A stretch of 64,000 nucleotides of DNA from Tagaea sp. (GTDB taxonomy: Bacteria; Pseudomonadota; Alphaproteobacteria; CACIAM-22H2). The notes beneath the pieces were generated by a model that worked only from the letters and a program-made list of their open reading frames with translations, was not told the origin of the DNA and searched no databases. Location: positions 3,644,750 through 3,708,749 of the forward strand of contig OZ257249.1 in NCBI GenBank assembly GCA_965279565.1, given 5' to 3'. Of this stretch, positions 11,729 to 20,123 are shown piece after piece. A program made the position numbers and the translations under genes. Numbering within the stretch: the first letter of the stretch is position 1; every line of letters starts with the position of its first letter.

Positions 11729-13114
11729 CTACTTGTCCTTTTTCTTTGCCGCTTTTTCCGCCGCACGGCGGTCGCGGAACTTCTTCGCCCAGCCCGGCGA
11801 CGTCGCCGGCTGGCCGCGCGCGACGACCAGCGCGTCTGCAGGAACGTCCTGCGTGACGACCGAACCCGCCCCGACCAGCGCGCCATCGCCGATCTTCACC
11901 GGTGCCACGAGCGCGCTGTTGGAGCCGACAAAGGCGCCGGCCCCGATGTCAGTATGGAACTTCTCGAAGCCGTCGTAGTTGCACGTGATCGTGCCGGCGC
12001 CGATGTTGGCCTTGGCACCCACGCGCGCGTCGCCGATATAGCTGAGGTGGTTCACTTTCGCGCCCGCCTCGACTTTCGCGTTCTTGATCTCGACGAAATT
12101 CCCGACATGCGCGTCCGGCCCGATGTCCGCCCCGGGCCGCAGCCGTGCGAACGGCCCGACGACGGCACCGTCAGCAACGCGCGTTCCTTCGAAATGGCAG
12201 AATCCCTTGATCGTCACGTCGCGGCCGATCGTGGTTCCCGGGCCGAATTGGACCGACGGATGGACGACCGTATCCGGACCGATGACCGTGTCATGGCTGA
12301 ACCAGACCGAAGCCGGATCGACCAGCGTGACGCCGGCCAGCATCGCTGCCTTGCGCGCGCGGTCCTGGAACACGGCTTCGAGTGCTGCCAGTTCTGCACG
12401 ATCGTTGGCGGCAAGCCAGTCTTCGGCCGTACCCTCGACCGCGCGCGCGTTGCGCCCGGCCTTGCGTGCGAGCGCCACCGCATCGGTCAGGTAGAATTCC
12501 CGCTGCGCGTTCGTCGGTTCGATGCGCGAAAGCAGGTCGAAGAAGCCTGCGCCGTCGAACGCCATCACGCCGGTATTGACGAGATCGATCTTCCGCTCGG
12601 CCGGGCTCGCATCCTTGGCCTCGACGATGCGCTCAAGCGTGCCGTCCGCCGTGCATACCATGCGCCCGTACGGCCCCGGGTCCGCGACGCGTACGCCGAG
12701 AACGCAGACCGCCGGCTTGTCCACCCCGCGCAGGCCGTCGCGCAGCCGACGGAACGTCGCGGCCGAGACGAACGGGGCATCGCCCAGCGCGACGACGATG
12801 TCGCCCTTGAAGCCGTCGAGCGCGCCCTTCGCCTGGAGTGCAGCGTGGCCCGTTCCGAGCCGGTCCCACTGGACGACCGCGTCGATCCGCAGAGCCGGTG
12901 CAGCGGCGCGCGCAGACGCGAGCACAGCATCCATGTCCGGGCCGACGACCAGCACGACGCGCGATGCGCCGAGGACGGCGAGTTCGGCCGCGATATGGCC
13001 GATCAGCGAGCGCCCGCCCACCTCGTGCAGCACTTTCGGATGCCTCGATTTCATCCGCGTGCCCTGGCCGGCGGCCAGGACGATGACGGCAAGATCGTTG
13101 TCGGGCGAGGCCAT
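11729..13114 (-). CDS. glmU: Bifunctional UDP-GlcNAc pyrophosphorylase / GlcN-1-P acetyltransferase
   Basis: LAAGQGTRMKS, GPFARLRPG, GNFVEIK, HLSYIGDA and CNYDG motifs; directly upstream of glmS. Confidence 0.97.
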   Translation of the reverse strand: MASPDNDLAVIVLAAGQGTRMKSRHPKVLHEVGGRSLIGHIAAELAVLGASRVVLVVGPDMDAVLASARAAAPALRIDAVVQWDRLGTGHAALQAKGALDGFKGDIVVALGDAPFVSAATFRRLRDGLRGVDKPAVCVLGVRVADPGPYGRMVCTADGTLERIVEAKDASPAERKIDLVNTGVMAFDGAGFFDLLSRIEPTNAQREFYLTDAVALARKAGRNARAVEGTAEDWLAANDRAELAALEAVFQDRARKAAMLAGVTLVDPASVWFSHDTVIGPDTVVHPSVQFGPGTTIGRDVTIKGFCHFEGTRVADGAVVGPFARLRPGADIGPDAHVGNFVEIKNAKVEAGAKVNHLSYIGDARVGAKANIGAGTITCNYDGFEKFHTDIGAGAFVGSNSALVAPVKIGDGALVGAGSVVTQDVPADALVVARGQPATSPGWAKKFRDRRAAEKAAKKKDK

Positions 13115-13205
13115 GCGTGCGATATCCCTTCCGAATCCGCGGGCACCTTTCCATACAGCGCCCCCGGGGCAAAATCACGAAATGTTGCGAGCCGTTACGG
13201 TCCAC

Positions 13206-13865
13206 ATGACGAAGAGTTTCAAGGTCAAGGCCATCGTGTTCGACCTCGACGGAACGCTCGTCGATTCGGCACGGGACATCGTTGCGGCCCTCGACCGCCT
13301 GCTCGTCGAGCAAGGCCGCCCGGCCGTCGGCTTCGCGGCGGGCCGCGCGATGATCGGCGACGGGGCGCGCGTGCTGATCGAGCGCGGCTTCGCGGCAACG
13401 GGCGGGCCTGCCCAGGACATCGACGGGGCGTTGAAGCGCTGGTTCGAACTCTATGCCGCCGACATCGCCGGCCATTCCCGCCCCTATCCCGGCGTGCGCG
13501 AGACGCTGACGGAATTCAGGCGCCGGGGCCTCGTCCTTGCGGTCTGCACGAACAAGGCCGACGCGCCGTCGCGCCAGCTTCTCGCTGAACTGGATCTCGC
13601 CTCGCCGTTCGCCGTCATCGTCGGCGGCGACGTGGCGCACCGCAAGCCCGATCCGCGCCACATCCTGGACACGCTCGCCGCACTTGGGGTCGCACCCGGC
13701 GACGCATTGATGGTCGGCGACTCGCCGAACGACGCGAAAGCCGCACAAGCCGCCGGCGTGCCGGTCGTCGTCGTCGATTACGGATACAGCCACATTCCGG
13801 TACGCGAGCTGGGTGCGGACGCGGTAATCTCGGACTTCGGAAAACTGCTGGAGCTTGTCGAATGA
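13206..13865 (+). CDS. gph: Phosphoglycolate phosphatase (HAD family)
   Basis: FDLDGTLVDS, CTNK, RKPDP and MVGDSPND motifs; divergent from glmU. Confidence 0.88.
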   Translation: MTKSFKVKAIVFDLDGTLVDSARDIVAALDRLLVEQGRPAVGFAAGRAMIGDGARVLIERGFAATGGPAQDIDGALKRWFELYAADIAGHSRPYPGVRETLTEFRRRGLVLAVCTNKADAPSRQLLAELDLASPFAVIVGGDVAHRKPDPRHILDTLAALGVAPGDALMVGDSPNDAKAAQAAGVPVVVVDYGYSHIPVRELGADAVISDFGKLLELVE

Positions 13866-14320
13866 TGCCGGGCCTGACCGACAACGAGTCGATCTCCCAC
13901 CTGATCCAGGTCGCCATCGCGCCGGTATTCTTGCTCAACGGCCTCGGCATTCTCCTCAACGTCTTCACCGGCCGGCTCGCGCGGGTCGTCGATCGCATGC
14001 GCATCGCCGCGAACCATCTTCGTTCCAATACCGATGCCGCGCGACGCCCGCAGCTCGAACGCGAGCTAGCCTACCAGCGCAGCCGGCTCAAGATCGTGAA
14101 CGGCGCCATCGCGCTCGTCGCGATGTCCGCATTCCTGACCTGCTGCGCCATCCTGGCACTCTTCGTCGGCGGCCTGACGCGCGACGGCCAGTCGTCGCTG
14201 CCGCTCGGCCTGTTCGCGGCCGCGGTGACGGCGGTCATCGTCGCGCTCGGCCTGTTCCTGGCCGAGGTGCGTGTTTCTGGAAAGGCGCTTGTCGCCGAGA
14301 CGGACGATCTGAAGGCGTGA
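13862..14320 (+). CDS. DUF2721 membrane protein
   Basis: IQVAIAPVFLL...RLARVVDRMR and C-terminal LFLAEV; ATGA-coupled to gph. Confidence 0.85.
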   Translation: MMPGLTDNESISHLIQVAIAPVFLLNGLGILLNVFTGRLARVVDRMRIAANHLRSNTDAARRPQLERELAYQRSRLKIVNGAIALVAMSAFLTCCAILALFVGGLTRDGQSSLPLGLFAAAVTAVIVALGLFLAEVRVSGKALVAETDDLKA

Positions 14321-14329
14321 CGCCGGCGA

Positions 14330-15160
14330 TCAGTCGGCGGCGGCGGCCTGCTCAAGCTTGCGCACTTCGCGCAGATGGCCGACGACGGTTCCGAACCAGG
14401 CTTCGAACTCGATGCGGACAGGTGCCTGCGCCGGACCGGCGCCGAATTCGGCCATGAAGGCGCGCCCACCACGGCGATCGTTGTCGGGCCGCGCGGGCAT
14501 GCCGGGCCGGCGTAGTCGCCCGGCGATCGGCACCCAGTGGAACTCGCAGATCCGCGCCATCCCCTCGAAGATCGACGACGAGTCGGATTCGACCGATCCC
14601 AAGCCCCGGTCGGCGAACACGATGTCGTAGCGTTGGCGGCCGTCGAAGACCGACGTGCGCGCGTCGCAGCCCTTCCCTTCGTTGATCTGGCGGATCACCG
14701 ACATGATCGCGGAGGCAGGGTCGATGGCGCCCCGGCGCAACTCGGCCGGCACTTCGTCGCGGTCGTCGGCGTGGTTGGGCGGTACGGCGTCGACGCGGAC
14801 AAGCTCGCCGTCGCGATAGTCCATCTCGACGCTGCGGACCTTGCCGCGCGACTGGCCGTTCACGCGGAACGCTTCGGGCCGGGTTGCCGGGCCGACGAAC
14901 CTGCCGCGCACGTCGGAAACCGACTGCCAGGGCCAGAACCAGCGCAGCACGCCGGCCGAAGCCTGACGGGTCGAAATCCTGTAGCTGTCCCCCGCGACGC
15001 CGAAATCCAGCGTCATCTCGGCGATACGGCCCCCGGCGAACACGTCGTAGACGAGCTCGACGCGCTCGCCCGGCGCCCATGCGCGCGATTCCTCGCCGGC
15101 CGCCGGTCCGGCAGCCGCCAAAACGATCGCAAGTCCCAGTGCGGCACGCAGATTCGCCAT
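14330..15160 (-). CDS. DUF3108 domain exported protein
   Basis: Signal peptide, AIDPASA and VFDGRQRYD motifs, C-terminal PVRIE. Confidence 0.8.
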   Translation of the reverse strand: MANLRAALGLAIVLAAAGPAAGEESRAWAPGERVELVYDVFAGGRIAEMTLDFGVAGDSYRISTRQASAGVLRWFWPWQSVSDVRGRFVGPATRPEAFRVNGQSRGKVRSVEMDYRDGELVRVDAVPPNHADDRDEVPAELRRGAIDPASAIMSVIRQINEGKGCDARTSVFDGRQRYDIVFADRGLGSVESDSSSIFEGMARICEFHWVPIAGRLRRPGMPARPDNDRRGGRAFMAEFGAGPAQAPVRIEFEAWFGTVVGHLREVRKLEQAAAAD

Positions 15161-15234
15161 CGGACCTCCGCAAAAAAGCTAACACATGAAAGGAGATATG
15201 TCGTGCGGCCGGAAATGGAAGCCCGGACGCTTCC

Positions 15235-15263
15235 TTGACACCCGGGAATCGCCCCCTTATACC
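15235..15263 (+). promoter_or_regulatory. sigma70 promoter of tRNA-Val
   Basis: TTGACA (15235-40), 17 nt, TATACC (15258-63), then a GC-rich discriminator about 20 nt before the tRNA. Confidence 0.8.
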
Positions 15264-15283
15264 CCGCTCCCACGAACCGGAAC

Positions 15284-15358
15284 GGGCGCTTAGCTCAGCG
15301 GCAGAGCACGGCTTTCACACGGCCGGGGTCGTAGGTTCAATCCCTACAGCGCCCACCA
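15284..15358 (+). tRNA. tRNA-Val (anticodon CAC)
   Basis: Manual cloverleaf: acceptor GGGCGCT/AGCGCCC, D arm GCTC/GAGC, anticodon arm CGGCT-TTCACAC-GGCCG, T arm GTAGG-TTCAATC-CCTAC, encoded ACCA. Confidence 0.97.
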
Positions 15359-15359
15359 T

Positions 15360-16037
15360 TCATTCGATCATGTAGTGCCGCGCAAGCGCGGTCAGGTCAG
15401 GCAGTTGAGGTACGGCCGCGACCGCCCCATATTCCGGCGGCAACCCGTGCCGATTTATCCATACAGCGCGCATGCCGAATGTCGCGGCACCCGCTGCATC
15501 CCAAGGGTTCGAAGAGACGAACCCGATCGACATTGCCGGCAGCGCGAGGGCATCCACGGCGATTTCGTAGACCCGACGATCTGGCTTGAAGATTCCGACG
15601 GTCTCGACGGACCACGTCGCATCTACGAGCGGTCCGATCTGAGCCGCGGCAACTGCCGCTTCCAGCCAGTCGGGGGTCCCGTTCGACAGAATCGCCGTCG
15701 TCAGGCCTCGGACCTTCAATGATTTCAGTGCGTCGGAAGCGTCGGCGTACGCGGCAAGATTCTGATACGATAAAAGAAGATCATCGAATAATTCTTTGTT
15801 TTTGATTGAAAATCTACGGAAACAATAGTCCAGAGCCTCGGCTGTGATCTGCCGAAAATCCGCGTGCCGCCCCATCAGGCTTCGAACCCAGCTGTACTCC
15901 AGCTGTTTTATTCGCCAGAGCTGAGAAACTTCGTCCGCCTTCGGGCCGATCCGATCAGCGTGTGCACGCACCGCAGAGTGCACATCAAAAAGCGTTCCAT
16001 ATGCGTCGAATACGCAAGCATCGATCAACGGCTTCAT
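15360..16037 (-). CDS. Haloacid dehalogenase type II
   Basis: FDAYGTLFDV, WRIKQLEYSW, LSNG, FKP and VSSNPWDAAGA motifs. Confidence 0.92.
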   Translation of the reverse strand: MKPLIDACVFDAYGTLFDVHSAVRAHADRIGPKADEVSQLWRIKQLEYSWVRSLMGRHADFRQITAEALDYCFRRFSIKNKELFDDLLLSYQNLAAYADASDALKSLKVRGLTTAILSNGTPDWLEAAVAAAQIGPLVDATWSVETVGIFKPDRRVYEIAVDALALPAMSIGFVSSNPWDAAGAATFGMRAVWINRHGLPPEYGAVAAVPQLPDLTALARHYMIE

Positions 16038-16128
16038 CGCACATGTCTCCGGCGCGGATTAACGCTTGATTCACTCCTTGCCGTCAAGATGCCGGGACAG
16101 TTCATCACCCCCCGGATTCGCATCGAGA

Positions 16129-16464
16129 ATGTCTGAAACGCTTATCAACGACCGCATCTACATCGGCTCGAATTCCGTCGCCCAATGGTTCGTCACGCTG
16201 GGCGACAGCGAGAGCAAGCCCTGCCTGATCGCGCATCAGGTCTTCATCGATGCGCCAAAGCAGATGAACGCCGTCGCGCGCCAGTTGGCCAGCGGCCGGC
16301 TGTTCTTCTCGCTCAAGCAGCTCGAAACGCTGATGCAGATACGCCACGGCGTGGAAGTCACGCTGGCGGACAGCGACCGCATGCGGATCGACCGCCACAT
16401 GCGCGGCGTTACCCCGACGCTGGCCGCCGCCAGTCCCCAGGACCCCACGCCCTCGGCAGCCTGA
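16129..16464 (+). CDS. Hypothetical protein (111 aa)
   Basis: Fills the HAD-msrA gap and has genome-typical GC-rich third positions. No family recognised. Confidence 0.65.
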   Translation: MSETLINDRIYIGSNSVAQWFVTLGDSESKPCLIAHQVFIDAPKQMNAVARQLASGRLFFSLKQLETLMQIRHGVEVTLADSDRMRIDRHMRGVTPTLAAASPQDPTPSAA

Positions 16465-16527
16465 CCCGCCTTGACGCGCAACCTTCTGCGCCCCAACTTC
16501 GAACCGGGGTTCAGACAGGAGGCCGAC

Positions 16528-17193
16528 ATGTTCGCCTTTACGCGCAAGAAATCCACGATGCCCCGTCCCGAGGATGCGCCCAAAGGGCGCGCCAACCGCG
16601 TGCCGGTACCGGAAAAGCACTTCGTGAACGGCCGGCCGCTCCAGCCGCCCCATCCCGCCGGGTCGATTCCCGCCATGTTCGGGCTCGGCTGCTTCTGGGG
16701 TGCAGAGCGCAAGTTCTGGCAGCTGCCCGGCGTCCACGTGACCGCGGTGGGCTATGCCGGCGGCTTCACGCCCAACCCGACATATGAAGAAGTCTGCAGC
16801 GGCGCGACCGGCCACAACGAGGTCGTCCATGTCGTCTTCGATCCGTCGAAGATCGCCTACGAGGCGCTGCTGAAGGCCTTCTGGGAGTCGCACGATCCGA
16901 CCCAGGGCATGCGGCAGGGCAACGACGTCGGGACGCAGTACAGGTCCGGCATCTACACCTACTCGGCGGCACAGCATGCCACGGCACTCGCGTCCAAGGC
17001 CGCCTATGGCACCCAGCTCGCGAAGGCCGGCTACGACCCGATCACGACCGAAATCGTGAACGCGCCCGAGTTCTATTACGCCGAGGCGTATCACCAGCAG
17101 TATCTTGCGAAGAACCCGAACGGCTATTGCGGCCTGGGTGGAACGGGCGTCGTCTGCCCGATCGGAACCGGCGTGCGGACATCTGCCGATTGA
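16528..17193 (+). CDS. msrA: Peptide methionine sulfoxide reductase A
   Basis: [25 protein letters not shown] and AEAYHQQYL motifs; SD CAGGAGG before ATG 16528. Confidence 0.97.
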   Translation: MFAFTRKKSTMPRPEDAPKGRANRVPVPEKHFVNGRPLQPPHPAGSIPAMFGLGCFWGAERKFWQLPGVHVTAVGYAGGFTPNPTYEEVCSGATGHNEVVHVVFDPSKIAYEALLKAFWESHDPTQGMRQGNDVGTQYRSGIYTYSAAQHATALASKAAYGTQLAKAGYDPITTEIVNAPEFYYAEAYHQQYLAKNPNGYCGLGGTGVVCPIGTGVRTSAD

Positions 17194-17372
17194 GTCGGCG
17201 CCGGATTTCGCGAAATGCAAAATCCCCGGAAAACTTTATGAAATAACAGCGACTAATCGCTGATCATGTGACGCCGGTCACCGCAATTCGCGTGACTTCG
17301 GACTACAAATTCCGCAAATCTTGCACTGCACACTGGCGACTCCGTCGTCCGCCCAGCGTCGCGCATCGAGCC

Positions 17373-18566
17373 ATGGAAGATACCGAACTCGAAGACGTCA
17401 AAAAGTATCTTGCGGCAACCAAGGCAGCCCTCGCCGGCGCGCCGCAGAAGCCGCACGACCTGTCGCACAAGAATCTCGCGAAAGCGAATTTCGAAGGCCG
17501 GTCGATGGTGCGCGCGCGCCTGATGGGCTCGAATCTCCGCGAAGCGCGACTTGCACGTGCGGAACTGACCGAGGCCGACCTGTTCGGCGCCAATCTTTCT
17601 TTCGCCGACATGAACGGCGCCAACTTGAGCGGCGCCGTGCTGCGCGGTGCCGCACTCAAGGGTGCCAACATGAACGGTGCCAACCTTGCCGGCGCCGACT
17701 TCCGTGGCGGCGTGATGATGGGCGCTTCCGGTACCGGTCGCATCGGGCTCGATGTGACCGACCTGACGGACTGCCTTGCGGAGTACGCCACGGCGTCGCG
17801 CGCGCAGATGGCCGGCGTCGACCTGTCGGGCGCGAGCTTCCAGGGCGCCAATCTCGAAGGTGCCATCCTTTTCGGCGCAAATCTCGCGAACACGAACCTT
17901 GCCTATGCCAATCTCCGTGGTGCCGACCTGTCGGATGCGCGGATGGGCAAGACGTCGCTGATCGGCGCCGATCTTTCCGGCGCCAAGCTTGCCAACATCA
18001 AGGCGGACGGGGCCAATTTCTCCGGTGCCAAGATGGCAAATGTCGAGATGAAGAATCTCGACCTCTCGAAATGCATCGTCGAGGCCAGCCCCCCGCTCGT
18101 CGGGCGCGACAAGCTGCCGGCAAAGCTTCGCACCGCACTCGACAGCCACGCCGAATGGCTGGCCTCGGTCGGAAAAAAAGGTGCCCCGGCGCATCTCGAG
18201 GGTGCCGATTTCAGCTATTTCGATCTTTCGGGGATCGATCTCAGCGGCGCCATCCTGCGCAACGCCAGATTCGTCGGAACGCGCCTGACCGGCGCCATCC
18301 TGCTTCTGGCCAATCTTCGCGGCGCCGACCTTTTCCATGCCGACCTGACCGGCGCCAAACTCCACGGGACGATGTTCGACGGCGCCAAGCTCCGCGAAAC
18401 CGACCTTGCGGACGCGATCGCCGGAACACTGCCGATCGCGAACAGCGACGGATCGCAGTCCAATCGCGCGCAGCCGACCAGCTTCATGCATGCCGACCTG
18501 ACCGGTGCGCGCGTCAAGGGCTTCAATATCGGCCACGCCAATACCGAAGGCGCCCGCCTTCCCTGA
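17373..18566 (+). CDS. Pentapeptide-repeat protein (two repeat blocks)
   Basis: Long A(D/N)LxG runs split by a helical segment (LDSHAEWLASVGKKGAPAHLEGADF). Start uncertain, 17268-17373. Confidence 0.9.
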   Translation: MEDTELEDVKKYLAATKAALAGAPQKPHDLSHKNLAKANFEGRSMVRARLMGSNLREARLARAELTEADLFGANLSFADMNGANLSGAVLRGAALKGANMNGANLAGADFRGGVMMGASGTGRIGLDVTDLTDCLAEYATASRAQMAGVDLSGASFQGANLEGAILFGANLANTNLAYANLRGADLSDARMGKTSLIGADLSGAKLANIKADGANFSGAKMANVEMKNLDLSKCIVEASPPLVGRDKLPAKLRTALDSHAEWLASVGKKGAPAHLEGADFSYFDLSGIDLSGAILRNARFVGTRLTGAILLLANLRGADLFHADLTGAKLHGTMFDGAKLRETDLADAIAGTLPIANSDGSQSNRAQPTSFMHADLTGARVKGFNIGHANTEGARLP

Positions 18567-18569
18567 CCG

Positions 18570-19688
18570 TCAGCTTGCCGGACGCACCAGCGTCAGTTCG
18601 GCGTGCTGCAGGCCGCAATAATAGGGATCGACCCCGTCGAGGAAGGCATTGAGCTTCATGTTGAAGCAGAAATGCTCGATGCCGTGCTTGTCGACGACGC
18701 GGATCTTCTGGCGCTGGAACCTGCCTTCGGGCATGCGGCGGCCGGTCAAATAGAGAGACGTCCGTTCGATCCGGTGCCCCATGACGGGAAGATCGATGAG
18801 GCGCGCGAGTCCGCCCGCGACGCGCTCGACGAACTGTTCCTCGTCGATCCAGACGCCGTTGACGTCGTCCCAGCGGTGGAACGCGCCGACGAGAATCTGG
18901 TCGGCCCGGCAGTTGGCGATGAGACGCGCGACCTGGATCGTCACGTCGCCGACGATGAACTCGTTGCGCCCGGTCCCGGCGCGGTCCGGCTGGTGGTAGT
19001 TGTAGTGACTGCCGATCCCGAGTGCCGCCCGCAGGATGGGAACGGCCTCGGGGACCGCCACCGAGCGGCGAAGTGCGGCGTGGAAGATCGCGAACAGCAC
19101 ATAGCCGAGGAACAGGTCGATGTCGGCTTCGAGCCCCTTGCGCTCGTTCCAGATATAGAAGCCATCGCCGGTCGTCGAACGGCACAGCTGGAATCCGATG
19201 TCGTGCGCAAGGGCCGTTTCGGCAGCGATGTTCAGCGCAAACTCGAGCGTGGCGAGCTGGCTCGCCTGCTGTTCGGGCAGCAATTTCGAGAATCCGACAA
19301 TGTCGAGCAGCAGCACGGCGCGCTGGTCTGTCTTTGTCACCGCAAAGGGCGCGAAAACCTCTTCGACGACCGAAGCTGCCGTCTGGCCCGGTCCGTCGCC
19401 GATCGTCTGGGTCAGGCGGATATCGAGAGCCCGCGACTGCAGCACCTCGGATACTTCTTCGAACGTCTTGTCGCCCATCTGGCGCGCGCCGACGAAAATC
19501 CGGCGCGGCGCGTCCTTCAGCGCAAACAGCCTGATCTTCGGCGCGGTGATGATTTCCATGCCGGTGGATGTCGGCCGCCAGCCGACGAGCGCGTTCGATC
19601 CGAAGCGCCACACGGAATAGAGCGTGCGGTGCAGTTCGGCGCGGATCTCTGGCGCGGTATCGGCGGAAGGGGCAATGTCTGTCGGCAT
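18570..19688 (-). CDS. Divergent class III nucleotidyl cyclase-like protein
   Basis: LLLDIVGFSK, STTGDGF, LRAALGIG, IVGDVTIQVARL and VVDKHG occur in cyclase order. Confidence 0.6.
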   Translation of the reverse strand: MPTDIAPSADTAPEIRAELHRTLYSVWRFGSNALVGWRPTSTGMEIITAPKIRLFALKDAPRRIFVGARQMGDKTFEEVSEVLQSRALDIRLTQTIGDGPGQTAASVVEEVFAPFAVTKTDQRAVLLLDIVGFSKLLPEQQASQLATLEFALNIAAETALAHDIGFQLCRSTTGDGFYIWNERKGLEADIDLFLGYVLFAIFHAALRRSVAVPEAVPILRAALGIGSHYNYHQPDRAGTGRNEFIVGDVTIQVARLIANCRADQILVGAFHRWDDVNGVWIDEEQFVERVAGGLARLIDLPVMGHRIERTSLYLTGRRMPEGRFQRQKIRVVDKHGIEHFCFNMKLNAFLDGVDPYYCGLQHAELTLVRPAS

Positions 19689-19805
19689 CGGAACGGGATT
19701 AAGAATACACGGAATTCGAGGAACGAAAACCGGTTCGTCCGGACATACATCGAAGAGAACAACCTTTTGTAGTCCTATATGCCGATAATTACATCGTTTT
19801 GCGGA

Positions 19806-20123
19806 TCATTCGACATCGAGTTCGACGAAGAACCCCCCGCCCGGCGGATCGGCAAGCGGTGCGAAGCTTGCGACCCGTTCGCGACGCCGGGCTTCGAGTA
19901 GGAACCTTCCGACCGGATGGAACAATGTCTCTCCGCCGCCGGGCACGGGCGGATCGATCCGGACCGCATAGCGGACCGGTCCCGGACGGACCGGTTCATC
20001 GACCAACCGCTTCAGGCGCGCGAGCGCTTCCGCCAACGCCAGGCCGCGAAGGTCGAGTTCCGCTTCGGCCGCATCACCATCGTGCAGCAAGTGACGCGCC
20101 TGTTCGGGATCGAGATGCGGCAT
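19806..20123 (-). CDS. Small Smr-like domain protein (degenerate)
   Basis: ELDLRGLALAEALARL resembles the Smr LDLHG-helix. ATG 20123 overlaps the GT stop (TGATG). Confidence 0.55.
   Translation of the reverse strand: MPHLDPEQARHLLHDGDAAEAELDLRGLALAEALARLKRLVDEPVRPGPVRYAVRIDPPVPGGGETLFHPVGRFLLEARRRERVASFAPLADPPGGGFFVELDVE

Noticed and set aside
15198-15293. 31-codon ORF after AAGGAG upstream of tRNA-Val
   Set aside because: The SD is only 2 nt from the ATG, and the ORF runs through the tRNA promoter and into the tRNA. Probably chance.
15340-17200. Possible tRNA-anchored genomic island
   Set aside because: I found no integrase and no duplicated tRNA 3' end, and the downstream genes (msrA) look native. 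Only the HAD anomaly is kept as a finding.
17373-18566. Periodic 15-nt DNA repeats (also at 49137-50429) resembling an array
   Set aside because: They are explained by pentapeptide-repeat coding. There are no identical repeats with unique spacers, so this is not CRISPR.
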